IMG/VR virus record: IMGVR_UViG_3300025660_000003
Span: 77,697 to 141,696 of that record
Source: a virus
DNA length: 64,000 nt
Strand: one strand, 5' to 3'
In this document: one piece after another, positions 46,916 through 55,549 of the stretch
Layout: each line of letters begins with the position of its first letter
Position numbering within the stretch: position 1 is the first letter of the stretch
Made by a program: the position numbers and the translations under genes
The notes under the pieces: generated by a model
The model's input: the letters and a program-made list of their open reading frames with translations, nothing else
The model's database searches: none
Told to the model about the DNA's origin: nothing

Positions 46916-47593
46916 ATGACCATCCGCATCGCACACGCCAGTGACACCCACAACCAGCCGAGCATCGTTCGGCAGGTCGCGGACCTGGATGTCGATGTGC
47001 TGCTCCTGACGGGCGACATGATGGGCAACAAGGTCAACCGGATGTACGGCGAGACCGTGGACGCCATCACCGAGCGGGCGTACCAGACCGGCTGGTTCCG
47101 CAAGCACGCAAAGAAGTGGGCGCAGGACCTCAACGGTCGGCCCGTCATCAGCGTCCCCGGCAACCACGACTTCATCAGCATCACCACATGGCTCCGGCAC
47201 TACGGCGTCACGGTCCTGGAGATCACGGACGAGAACCCGATGGTCGAGTTCATGGGCGTCCGGTTCGCTGGCTTCCGGCAGGTCGAGTACCTGGCGGGTG
47301 AGTGGGTCGGCGAGGTCCGGGACTTCGACGGCATCATCGACCGGGTCTTCAACTGCAACCCTCGGGTGCTGGTGGGGCACTCGCCTCCGGCGGGCATCCT
47401 GGAGTACGGCGACAACGAGCAGGACCGGCGAGGCATCGGGGCGCTCAACACGGCCCTGTTCCGCACGCGGGACCACAACGTCACGGACCACTTTTTCGGC
47501 CACGCCCACGAGTCCGGTGGGCAGTCGGTGACCCTCGGGGGCATCAACTTCCACAACGGGGCCGGACACATCAAGGTCCACACGATCGGCTAG
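46916..47593 (+). CDS. Calcineurin-like metallophosphoesterase
   Basis: SDTH, TGD, PGNHD, HSPP, FGHAH motifs. Confidence 0.85.
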   Translation: MTIRIAHASDTHNQPSIVRQVADLDVDVLLLTGDMMGNKVNRMYGETVDAITERAYQTGWFRKHAKKWAQDLNGRPVISVPGNHDFISITTWLRHYGVTVLEITDENPMVEFMGVRFAGFRQVEYLAGEWVGEVRDFDGIIDRVFNCNPRVLVGHSPPAGILEYGDNEQDRRGIGALNTALFRTRDHNVTDHFFGHAHESGGQSVTLGGINFHNGAGHIKVHTIG

Positions 47594-47597
47594 ATGC

Positions 47598-47624
47598 TCC
47601 CACCCGTAGCAGTACGGGTGGGGG
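47598..47624 (+). terminator. Hairpin after the early operon
   Basis: CCCACCCGTA-GCAG-TACGGGTGGG. Confidence 0.5.
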
Positions 47625-47656
47625 TAGCCCGACCCCCCAGCGGGTAGCCTTGGGGC

Positions 47657-48274
47657 ATGAGCAAGCGCCTCAAGGACAGCGTCAAGCGGATCAACGAGAC
47701 GGTATCCATCGTCCAGATCCTCTCGACGTTGGGCTTCGACGTGCGCGAAGACGCGGGCGACCGCGAGCAGCAGTTCCGCTGCGACCTCCACGGCTCCGGC
47801 CATGACGACACCCCCTCTGCCCGCGTCTACCCCGACTCGAACTCCTGGTACTGCTTCGGCTGCGGGGTGACCCGTGACGCCATCGAGACGTTGCAGGTCA
47901 AGCAGGGCGTGGCCTTCTGGGCTGCCATCAAGATGCTGGAGGCTGCTCACGGGCTCGACCCCCTCCCCATCGACTACGACGCGGACGAGCAGGGGCAGGG
48001 GGCTCTCGCAGAGGTCCGGGACAACCTCGCCAGCTACACGACGTTCGCGGACGAAGAGACCCGCACCAGGGCTTCCCTGGAGGCCATGACCAGCGACCGG
48101 GAGCTACCGCTCGACCGCCTGCTCTCCTTCTGGGAGGGGTTCGACAAGGCCGTCTTCATGGTCAGAGGCCCCCGTGGTGATGGCGGGGTGTGGGGCGAGA
48201 CGAAGGGCCGGAAGGTGCTCGCAGGGCTCCGTGACCGCATGGCAGAGGTGCTGCTGGAACATCGCCGGTCGTGA
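47657..48274 (+). CDS. Stand-alone CHC2 zinc-finger (DnaG N-terminal) protein
   Basis: CDLH..DDTPS..WYCFGC..DAI; no TOPRIM domain. Confidence 0.75.
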   Translation: MSKRLKDSVKRINETVSIVQILSTLGFDVREDAGDREQQFRCDLHGSGHDDTPSARVYPDSNSWYCFGCGVTRDAIETLQVKQGVAFWAAIKMLEAAHGLDPLPIDYDADEQGQGALAEVRDNLASYTTFADEETRTRASLEAMTSDRELPLDRLLSFWEGFDKAVFMVRGPRGDGGVWGETKGRKVLAGLRDRMAEVLLEHRRS

Positions 48275-48738
48275 AGCTCCAGCGGTTCACCATCTACGCG
48301 GGCTCCCTCGGCGGGACCGTGCAGGTCCTCAAGCCGACCCCCAGTGAGACACGCGACGGCGACACGCTGACCATTGACCCGTGGGGTGACCTGGCTCCTC
48401 TGCGGGAGGTGCCGGAGTTCGCCACCCTCATCCCGGTGGTGAGTGGGCCGACGATGAGCCATGCCCTGCACGGGCACATGAGGCCGCTGATGGAGCAGAT
48501 TGGCCCAGAGCCGAAGCACCAGCTCATCCGCATCCCGGCCCCCTACGACGTGTGCAGCATGGCAGGCGAGTGCGTGATGTACGACGCGAAGCGGTGCCAC
48601 CCTCGCAGCAAGAAACTGCCGGAGTGCTGGTGGCCTGACGCGGAGGAGGGTGTCCGGCGAGCGATGGCGGTCGTGACCCTGGCCTGGGCTGAGAACCGCT
48701 ACGTCGTCGTGGTGGAGGGGGACGAGTTCGTGGTCTGA
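48271..48738 (+). CDS. Hypothetical Cys-containing protein (155 aa)
   Basis: GTGA overlap. Confidence 0.6.
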   Translation: MKLQRFTIYAGSLGGTVQVLKPTPSETRDGDTLTIDPWGDLAPLREVPEFATLIPVVSGPTMSHALHGHMRPLMEQIGPEPKHQLIRIPAPYDVCSMAGECVMYDAKRCHPRSKKLPECWWPDAEEGVRRAMAVVTLAWAENRYVVVVEGDEFVV

Positions 48739-48779
48739 CGGGTAGTGGTGTCAGAACCCCTGGACGGAGCGACTGGTTG

Positions 48780-51773
48780 ATGCAAGGACTGTTCGACATC
48801 CTCGATGACCGGAAGCAGATCGAGTTCCAGCCCTGGATGGAATCGGGGGACTTCAACTTCATCCTGGTGACCCCCGAGAACATCGGGGAGTGCATCGACG
48901 CCTGCATCAACGGGGTGAACGGGCGCTTCGCCCTCGACCTGGAGACGACGGGCATCGACAACCGGGTGGACCGGGCCACCAAGTCCACCAAGGACAAGAT
49001 CGTCGGCGTCTGCCTCTCCGGGGACGGGATCACGGGCTGGTACATCCCGCTGTTCCACAAGGTAGGCGAGGAGCACAACGTCCCGTGGTCGGTCTTCGAG
49101 CCAGAGTTCCGGCGGCTGATGGCTGCGGTGGACGCCAACGAGGCCGTGGCGATCTTCCACAACGGCAAGTTCGACATGGAGTTCCTGGAGTTCCATGGCG
49201 GCGAGCCCTTCGGCAAGTGGGACGGCGTGGCCCGCTGGGAGGACACGCTCATCCTCGCCTACCTGCGGCACAGCCGGTCCCGCCGCAAGGGGCTGAAGCC
49301 GCTCTCAGAGGCCCCGACCGACGCGGACAACTCCCACGCCTGCGGTGGCCCCGGTCTCGGCATGAAGATGCTGGAGCTGAAGGACCTCTTCCCAGATGAC
49401 CACCCCAAGTCGAAGTACGACTACTCGCTGGTGGACCCCTCGGCGAAGGGGCCGCTCATCTACGGCTGCTCCGACGCGATCTGCACCTACCTGCTGTGCG
49501 ACCTGCTGCTGCCGGAGATCGTCAGCCCGAAGGACGGCTTCAGCCAGCTCCAGATCTACCGCGTCGAGAAGGCGTGCGTGATCTCCTGTCGCTGGATGGA
49601 GCGCAACCTCATCCCGACGAGCCCCGAGAAGGTCATGGAGCTGATCAAGCTCGGCCAGCAGGAGTGGTTCGACTCGATCATGGAGGTCTACCGGGCCGCC
49701 AGTGAGATCCTCGACCGTGACGTGATGCCCGGCTACTACAAGGTGCTGCGGGACAACTGGGTCCACGACGACCCGCTCAACCTGCTGCCTGATCAGGTGC
49801 TCCGGGCCAAGAGCCTTCAGGACCGCTTCTACCCGAACCCGGTCGGCAAGGCGGACACGCGGGGCGAGGTGTGGCCTCTCATCTACGACGTGAACGCCCC
49901 CCAGAAGCTCGGGATGATGTTCGATGAGATGGGCGTCCCGAACCTGGTCCGCACGGAGAAGTCCGGCCAGGTGAAGACCAGCAAGGACGTGCTGGAAGGG
50001 GTCATCAAGAGCGCAGAGGGCCGGTTCCCGTTCATGGGGCTCATCAAGCGGTTCCGCGAGACCAACAAGGCCCTGACGAACTACCTGTTCCCGATGCTGG
50101 AAGACGTTGACCCCAACGACTTCACGATGCGGATCAACTTCAACGGCCACAAGGTAGACACCGGCCGCTTCTCGACACCGGCAAAGGGTCGGGAGCTGGC
50201 GTCGGCCCGGACGAAGCGCATCGCGGGCTGGCCCGCCATCAACCTCCAGTCGATGCCCGCCACCTACGACCCCCGCCGCCCGGCCTGCATGACCCGGCTC
50301 CGGGAGTGCATCGTCGCCCGCCCCGGCTACAAGCTGGTCGCCATCGACTTCGCGGGTGAAGAGCTGCGGCTCGTCACCAACCTGTCCCGCGAGCCCCTGT
50401 GGCTGACGGAGTTCTTCCGCTGTTCCGGCTGCACCCGTGCCTTCCCGCGAGGCGACGGCAGCAAGACCCCATCCCCGCCCCCGACCCGCTGCCCGAACTG
50501 TGGCTCCGACAAGATCGGTGACCTGCACACCCTGACGGCTCTCTCCATCTACGGGAACGACGCCTTGTCCCGCCCGGAGTGGAAGCAGCTCCGAGGCAAC
50601 GCCAAGGGCGTGAACTTCGCTCTCTGCTACGGCGGCGGCGGGAACGCTGTGGTCCGGGCCTGCAAGGTGGACAAGAACGAAGGCTGGCGGATCAAGAACC
50701 AGTTCGACGGGACGTACACCGGCCTGAAGCAGTGGTGGACCGGCCAGCACCGCTTCGCGAACGAGCACGGCTTCGTGCTGACGGCCTTCGGCCGCAAGTA
50801 CCCCGTGCCCGACATCTGGTCAGCGGACGGCGGGTTCCGCAGCAAGGCCGAGCGCAACTCGGTGAATGGCCCCATCCAGGGCTCCGGTGCCGACGTGATC
50901 AAGATCGCGATGGCCCTGGTCTACAAGCTCTGCAAGAAGAAGGGCTGGCTCGACATCTGCCGGATGATCGCGTCGATGCACGATGAGCTGGTCTTCGAGA
51001 TCCGCGACGACATCATCGAGGAGGCAATCAGCCTCATCGTCCCGCTGATGACGAGCAACAAGTTCGTGATGGCGAAGCGGTGGCCCGTCCCGCTGACCTG
51101 CGACACGGAGATCGGCCAGGACTGGACCGTCAAGTGGGATCTCAACGAGATGCTCAACCGCGAGATTCGGTTCGACGGCGACAAGAAGGTCAAGGAGCCC
51201 CGGAAGCCTGCGCTCAAGGACTTCGACTCCCCCGCTGAGTTCAAGGATGCAGTCGTGGCCTTCGAGCAGAAGGCGGCGGACTGGGAGGCGATGCCCCACA
51301 CCTTCCCGGCCAGCTTGCGCAAGGTGTTCAAGAGCCTGCACGCAGACGGCCACCTGGATGCCCCGGAGCCGGATGAGGGCACCCCTGAGCCGGAGCCTGA
51401 GCCGGAGCCTGCACCGGAGACCCCGGAGCCGGAGACCGCAGAGCCGGAGCGGGAGGCCGCACCGGATGAGCCCCTGGTGGCCGAGAGGGTCGTAGAGGCC
51501 CCGGCTGTGGAGCTGCCAGCGGCCGAGATGCCGACGTTCAACCCTCCGAAGGGGAACACGCCTGGCGGCTTCTACGACTTCACGTTGCGGGCTTCATTGA
51601 CCACCATCACGTGCGTCAAGCTGGCCAAGGTCATCGTCGCCTGTCGCAATGGGGGCACACGGAAGCTACGTTTGCTGCTGCCGGACGGTACGGTCCTTGG
51701 CGGGTGGTCGGACGAGGAGCTAATCGTCAACGATCAGATGTTCTACTGGATGGCCCAGCAGCAGGGCTTGTGA
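48780..51773 (+). CDS. polA: Family A DNA polymerase with 3'-5' exonuclease
   Basis: ALDLETTG, HNGKFD, YGCSDA; TGRFS, NLQ, DFAGEELR (motif A), RGNAKGVNFALCYG (B), MHDEL (C). Confidence 0.92.
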   Translation: MQGLFDILDDRKQIEFQPWMESGDFNFILVTPENIGECIDACINGVNGRFALDLETTGIDNRVDRATKSTKDKIVGVCLSGDGITGWYIPLFHKVGEEHNVPWSVFEPEFRRLMAAVDANEAVAIFHNGKFDMEFLEFHGGEPFGKWDGVARWEDTLILAYLRHSRSRRKGLKPLSEAPTDADNSHACGGPGLGMKMLELKDLFPDDHPKSKYDYSLVDPSAKGPLIYGCSDAICTYLLCDLLLPEIVSPKDGFSQLQIYRVEKACVISCRWMERNLIPTSPEKVMELIKLGQQEWFDSIMEVYRAASEILDRDVMPGYYKVLRDNWVHDDPLNLLPDQVLRAKSLQDRFYPNPVGKADTRGEVWPLIYDVNAPQKLGMMFDEMGVPNLVRTEKSGQVKTSKDVLEGVIKSAEGRFPFMGLIKRFRETNKALTNYLFPMLEDVDPNDFTMRINFNGHKVDTGRFSTPAKGRELASARTKRIAGWPAINLQSMPATYDPRRPACMTRLRECIVARPGYKLVAIDFAGEELRLVTNLSREPLWLTEFFRCSGCTRAFPRGDGSKTPSPPPTRCPNCGSDKIGDLHTLTALSIYGNDALSRPEWKQLRGNAKGVNFALCYGGGGNAVVRACKVDKNEGWRIKNQFDGTYTGLKQWWTGQHRFANEHGFVLTAFGRKYPVPDIWSADGGFRSKAERNSVNGPIQGSGADVIKIAMALVYKLCKKKGWLDICRMIASMHDELVFEIRDDIIEEAISLIVPLMTSNKFVMAKRWPVPLTCDTEIGQDWTVKWDLNEMLNREIRFDGDKKVKEPRKPALKDFDSPAEFKDAVVAFEQKAADWEAMPHTFPASLRKVFKSLHADGHLDAPEPDEGTPEPEPEPEPAPETPEPETAEPEREAAPDEPLVAERVVEAPAVELPAAEMPTFNPPKGNTPGGFYDFTLRASLTTITCVKLAKVIVACRNGGTRKLRLLLPDGTVLGGWSDEELIVNDQMFYWMAQQQGL

Positions 51774-51815
51774 CGCGGGTACGGTGCGACCGTCTTGCAT
51801 GACGAGGTGTAGCGG

Positions 51816-52223
51816 ATGAGGGCTCTAAAAGTAGGCGAAGGCAAAGACCAGAAGACGTTCATTTGCGTCCACTGGAAGACGTTTCCGCCGCCAGGTGCGG
51901 GTGGGAGTGTCGAGCACCTTCGTGCCAACGGCGTCATCGACAGCGGCCAGTACACCCGGTTGAAGACCTGGGAGTCCATGTGCGGTTTGATGGCCATGGA
52001 GCCAAAGAAGTGCCTGACCTGCCCGCATCGGCGGATGGTCGGCTGGGCGACGAGGGGTCCGTACCTGCTCTCCCCCGATGGCACCGAGACGCCTGTGATC
52101 GACTCTGCACAGAGCGAGGCGTCTCCCCGCAACCGGCACATGGCAGGCATCTTCCGTCGCCCCGGCACCGCTGGTTCGCACCAGACGGCGGCGTGGGCGA
52201 AGGACACCGAAGAGGATGAGTGA
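51816..52223 (+). CDS. Hypothetical protein (135 aa)
   Basis: GAGG RBS; CLTC motif. Confidence 0.55.
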   Translation: MRALKVGEGKDQKTFICVHWKTFPPPGAGGSVEHLRANGVIDSGQYTRLKTWESMCGLMAMEPKKCLTCPHRRMVGWATRGPYLLSPDGTETPVIDSAQSEASPRNRHMAGIFRRPGTAGSHQTAAWAKDTEEDE

Positions 52224-52974
52224 CCACCTCTCTGAGTGCAACAGCGGCGACTTGCGGATCGACCCCAAGACGTTCACGACGACCTGGTGCGACCGCTGCT
52301 CGCAGCGTGGCTGTGACCTAGCGGGCTACGCCAACAACGACCCGATGGCGGTCCGCAACGCCACATGGCGGGAGCGTTTCTTCAACGCAGAGCAGGCGGA
52401 CCTGGGCATCCCGAAGTTCGCGCAAATCGCGAAGCTCGACTTCCCCAACCTCCTCCAGAAGGCGATGAAGCTGGAGATCAGCTCGCGACGAGGCGACTGG
52501 TCAGTCCCCGAGATCGCTATCACCGATGGCCGCATCGTTCGGACGGATCAGGACACGGCGGATCAGGTAGAGGATGCCGTCCGGGCTCTCAGCCACCAGC
52601 TCGACCCACCACAAGAGCTGGTTCCTGCACCGGAGGAGGTAGAGACGCCAACCGAGGCGGATCGCCCAGAACCCCCCTCTGACCCTCCCCCGCCGCCGGT
52701 TAGCCAAACACCAGTAACGACGGGGCCTTCAGAGGTATCCACAGAGGGTCAGCCGCCGTCAGGAAACGCCCAGCAGGATCGGCCCCGGAGCCGGAACACA
52801 CCTGATCGTGGCGATGTGATGATCGGCGGTGCTCCGGCGGTGAGCGGGAGGGCTCAGCCCGCTCCTGAGACCGACCCGTGGGCACCACCCCCGAAAGCGA
52901 AGCATCGGGTGGTCAAGGCCGGAGCGACCGTCCAGTTTGGGGCTGGTGGTACAGCGGAGGTGCTCGATGACTGA
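52216..52974 (+). CDS. Hypothetical protein, Cys-rich N-terminus and Pro-rich C-terminus
   Basis: EC..WCDRC..C; low-complexity tail. Confidence 0.6.
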   Translation: MSDHLSECNSGDLRIDPKTFTTTWCDRCSQRGCDLAGYANNDPMAVRNATWRERFFNAEQADLGIPKFAQIAKLDFPNLLQKAMKLEISSRRGDWSVPEIAITDGRIVRTDQDTADQVEDAVRALSHQLDPPQELVPAPEEVETPTEADRPEPPSDPPPPPVSQTPVTTGPSEVSTEGQPPSGNAQQDRPRSRNTPDRGDVMIGGAPAVSGRAQPAPETDPWAPPPKAKHRVVKAGATVQFGAGGTAEVLDD

Positions 52975-54034
52975 CCCGACCCAGGTGTTCCAGCAGTTCG
53001 CCGAGCAGGTGGCCGACGAGTTCCCGGAGCTACGGAAGATCCTCGACCAGGCCAAGAACGGCAGGATCAGCGAGACCGACGCCATGCGAGACCTGGCAGA
53101 GGTCATGCAGGGCAGCCCGGAGCTGAGCACCCGATTCCAGAAGGTCGCCATGGAGGCCCTGGCTCCTCTGCGGCCGGAGGACGAGCCACAGCCCCTCGAC
53201 CACGACGGTCTGATCATGCACAAGGAGCGGGGCCTCCCCCGGCTCAACCCGCTGGTCGAGGCCGCCCTGATCGAGCGTGCGCAGTTCGACAACGACATGC
53301 CGGAGCTGCGGACTGGTGGGTTGCCTCGCGGGGTAGCTCCTGCGGTGGCCGTGGACACGGACGTTCGTGACCCGGTGGCCCTGGGCCGGATGCTGACCGA
53401 CGCCTCTGACGAGGTGGCCGGGAAGATCGAGGCCAACGAGCCTGCCCGCCAGAAGCTCATCGGGGATGCCGCGACCTTGTCGCTGGTCGCGGCTGCGGGG
53501 ACAGCTCTGACGAAGCAGGCAGAGCGGGATCTGCTGTTCGACGGCAAGGACGACCAGGCGGATGTCCCGGTGTACCGCAGGGGGGCCGTACCAGCCCCTC
53601 TGGTGGTCGTGCAGCCCTCCGGCGCTGCCCTGCTGGCCCTGACGCCGGAGGAGCGCAAGCAGAGCGCCTGGACGTTCCTATCGACCACCCAGGGGCGTCG
53701 CTCTGCCGTCACTGGTCTGGTCCAGCTCATCGAGGCGAAGCTGACGGGCGAGGGCTTCGCCGTGACGGTGGAGAAGTTCGACCCCAAGGGTCAGGGCATC
53801 CTGGCGTACCACGAGTGGTCGGTGGGCATCGACGGGCCGGGTGCGATGCAGCCAGCCTTCAGCCTCATCGACATCGCGGCGGTGAGCATCGCCAAGGGGT
53901 TGACCCGGACGATGGGTGACCGGCGGGGTCGGGTGACCCTGGATGTCACGCCCATCAACACGGTGGACATCCGGTCGGTCGGCTGGGCGGGTCGGTTGCG
54001 GTCGGGGGACCCGATTCTTCCGGCGGCGGGGTAG
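52967..54034 (+). CDS. Hypothetical protein (355 aa)
   Basis: GGAGG RBS; codon bias. Confidence 0.65.
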   Translation: MTDPTQVFQQFAEQVADEFPELRKILDQAKNGRISETDAMRDLAEVMQGSPELSTRFQKVAMEALAPLRPEDEPQPLDHDGLIMHKERGLPRLNPLVEAALIERAQFDNDMPELRTGGLPRGVAPAVAVDTDVRDPVALGRMLTDASDEVAGKIEANEPARQKLIGDAATLSLVAAAGTALTKQAERDLLFDGKDDQADVPVYRRGAVPAPLVVVQPSGAALLALTPEERKQSAWTFLSTTQGRRSAVTGLVQLIEAKLTGEGFAVTVEKFDPKGQGILAYHEWSVGIDGPGAMQPAFSLIDIAAVSIAKGLTRTMGDRRGRVTLDVTPINTVDIRSVGWAGRLRSGDPILPAAG

Positions 54035-54041
54035 ACCAGGC

Positions 54042-54362
54042 ATGATCGACGACTTCATGTACGCCCGTGACTACGCCGAGGACAAGCAGGCGTGGGTCGT
54101 TGTTGTGGTCCCGCCTGAGGCGCTCAAGGACGCACAGAACGCGCTGGTGGCTGTGGCCAACGGGCACCAATTCAGCGGTCGGACACTCCGACTCCCCCGT
54201 GGGGGCTGCGTGTCCCTGGTCCCGGTGACCAACCAGAGCTTCCTGCCTGACGACCAGCCCTTCCACGTCATGTTCGCGGGGTGGGGTGGGAAGACGACCC
54301 AGGCACAGGAGATGGCACGGTGGCGGACAGCAGCAAGCAGGACGGTAAGCCGGGCCGCGTAA
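54042..54362 (+). CDS. Hypothetical protein (106 aa)
   Basis: Operon packing. Confidence 0.55.
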   Translation: MIDDFMYARDYAEDKQAWVVVVVPPEALKDAQNALVAVANGHQFSGRTLRLPRGGCVSLVPVTNQSFLPDDQPFHVMFAGWGGKTTQAQEMARWRTAASRTVSRAA

Positions 54363-54610
54363 GCGTCTGGACGTTCCTTATCCGGGGCGGTGAGCCCTTC
54401 GACCTCAAGATCAAGAACAACCTGAGCCCAGCCCTGAACCACGATGGTCGGATGACCCTCTGGAAGATGGTGGGTACTGATGATGAGGCCGCCAGCGTCG
54501 AGGCATGGGTCAAGGGACCCCTGATCGGTGCTCGGGTCGAACGTCACACAGAGGTCGAGGACGCAGAGATGCTGGCCATCCGAAATGAGCGTCTCGGTCG
54601 GGAGAGCTGA
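54320..54610 (+). CDS. Hypothetical protein (start uncertain)
   Basis: GC3-rich frame; AGGAG upstream of GTG 54320. Confidence 0.45.
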   Translation: MADSSKQDGKPGRVSVWTFLIRGGEPFDLKIKNNLSPALNHDGRMTLWKMVGTDDEAASVEAWVKGPLIGARVERHTEVEDAEMLAIRNERLGRES

Positions 54611-54620
54611 TGCCCATCTA

Positions 54621-54651
54621 CGATAACCCGCTTATGGGTCCCTCTGGGTAT
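54621..54651 (+). promoter_or_regulatory. Class-L motif CGAT-N6-CTTAT-N11-GGTAT at the GIY-YIG insertion junction
   Basis: Same spacing as the other copies; ends at the GIY-YIG ATG. Confidence 0.5.
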
Positions 54652-55243
54652 GGGCACTTGCGGAATCTATGAGATCAGGAACACCCGGACAGGCATGTCG
54701 TACCTCGGGTCCTCTCAAAACATCACCAAGCGATGGTGGAGGCACCGTAGGGACTTGAGGTTGGGGGTCCACCACAACCACCACCTCCAAAGGTCCTGGG
54801 AGAAGCATGGGGCTCAGTGCTTCACCTTCTCGGTGCTGCTGCCATGTCCGCCCGACTGCCTGCTAGCCAGGGAACAGGAGCTTCTCGACCAGGCCCCAGC
54901 GGGCAGCCTCTACAACCTGGCGTTTTTGGCTCAGGGGGGTACGAGGCTGGGTCATCGGAATACCCCAGAGCACAATGCTGCGATCAGTCGCGGGAACAAG
55001 GGGAAGCCTGCCTGGAACAAGGGGGGCAAAAACACCTGGGCGCAGGCGGCTGCGAGTTCACGGGTGGCCAGGTACTCGAACCAGATCGTTGCAGAGCACC
55101 TGGACGGTAGGGTGTTGAGCTTTTCCCACGCAGCCCAGGCTGCCCGAGAGATGGGCCTGGGAAGAACTTCGGTCAAGAATATCCTCAAGGGGTACAGCCA
55201 GAGAACTCGTTCGGGTTGGACCTTCCGGTACGAAGCGAGATAG
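54650..55243 (+). mobile_element. Free-standing GIY-YIG homing endonuclease
   Basis: CGIYEIRN..YLGSS..RW..H..HN..LQRSW.KHG..REQ..YN; NUMOD3-like and HTH C-terminus. Confidence 0.85.
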
Positions 55244-55252
55244 GAGATCCCC

Positions 55253-55486
55253 ATTCCAATTTACGAGTTCAAGTGCGACGACTGCGGGCACCGATTCGAG
55301 AAGATCCAGGGGCACACTCGCCCGAACCCACCGTGCCCCAACCCCTCAGGATCGCAGCCCCCCGAAGCCGTCCAGGTCCTCTTCGATGAGCCTCCGACGG
55401 CCTGCGGTGGCCCGTCTGAGAAGGTCATCAGCCAGAGCACGTTCCACCTCAAGGGCTCTGGCTGGGCGTCGGACGGCTACCAATAG
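55253..55486 (+). CDS. FmdB-family zinc-ribbon protein with ATT start codon (77 aa)
   Basis: AGGAG RBS then ATT CCA ATT TAC GAG TTC AAG TGC..: (M)PIYEFKCDDCGHRFE..CP..CGG..KVISQSTFHLKGSGWASDGY; missed by the ORF track. Confidence 0.8.
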   Translation: MPIYEFKCDDCGHRFEKIQGHTRPNPPCPNPSGSQPPEAVQVLFDEPPTACGGPSEKVISQSTFHLKGSGWASDGYQ

Positions 55487-55511
55487 CTCATCTATACGGC
55501 CCCACAGGTAC
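55481..55511 (+). promoter_or_regulatory. Class-L motif CAAT-N6-TCTAT-N11-GGTAC
   Basis: Same spacing; upstream of 55550. Confidence 0.5.
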
Positions 55512-55549
55512 CAGGGGAGATCCCCCTTACAACCTGTGGAGACACCACG

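Noticed and set aside
51360-51480. CCGGAG repeats
   Set aside because: They encode the Pro-Glu linker of the polymerase and are not a separate DNA element.
54624-55252. Group I intron around the GIY-YIG gene
   Set aside because: Only ~26 nt upstream and ~9 nt downstream of the ORF, too short for a ribozyme core. The duplicated start explains the locus without splicing.
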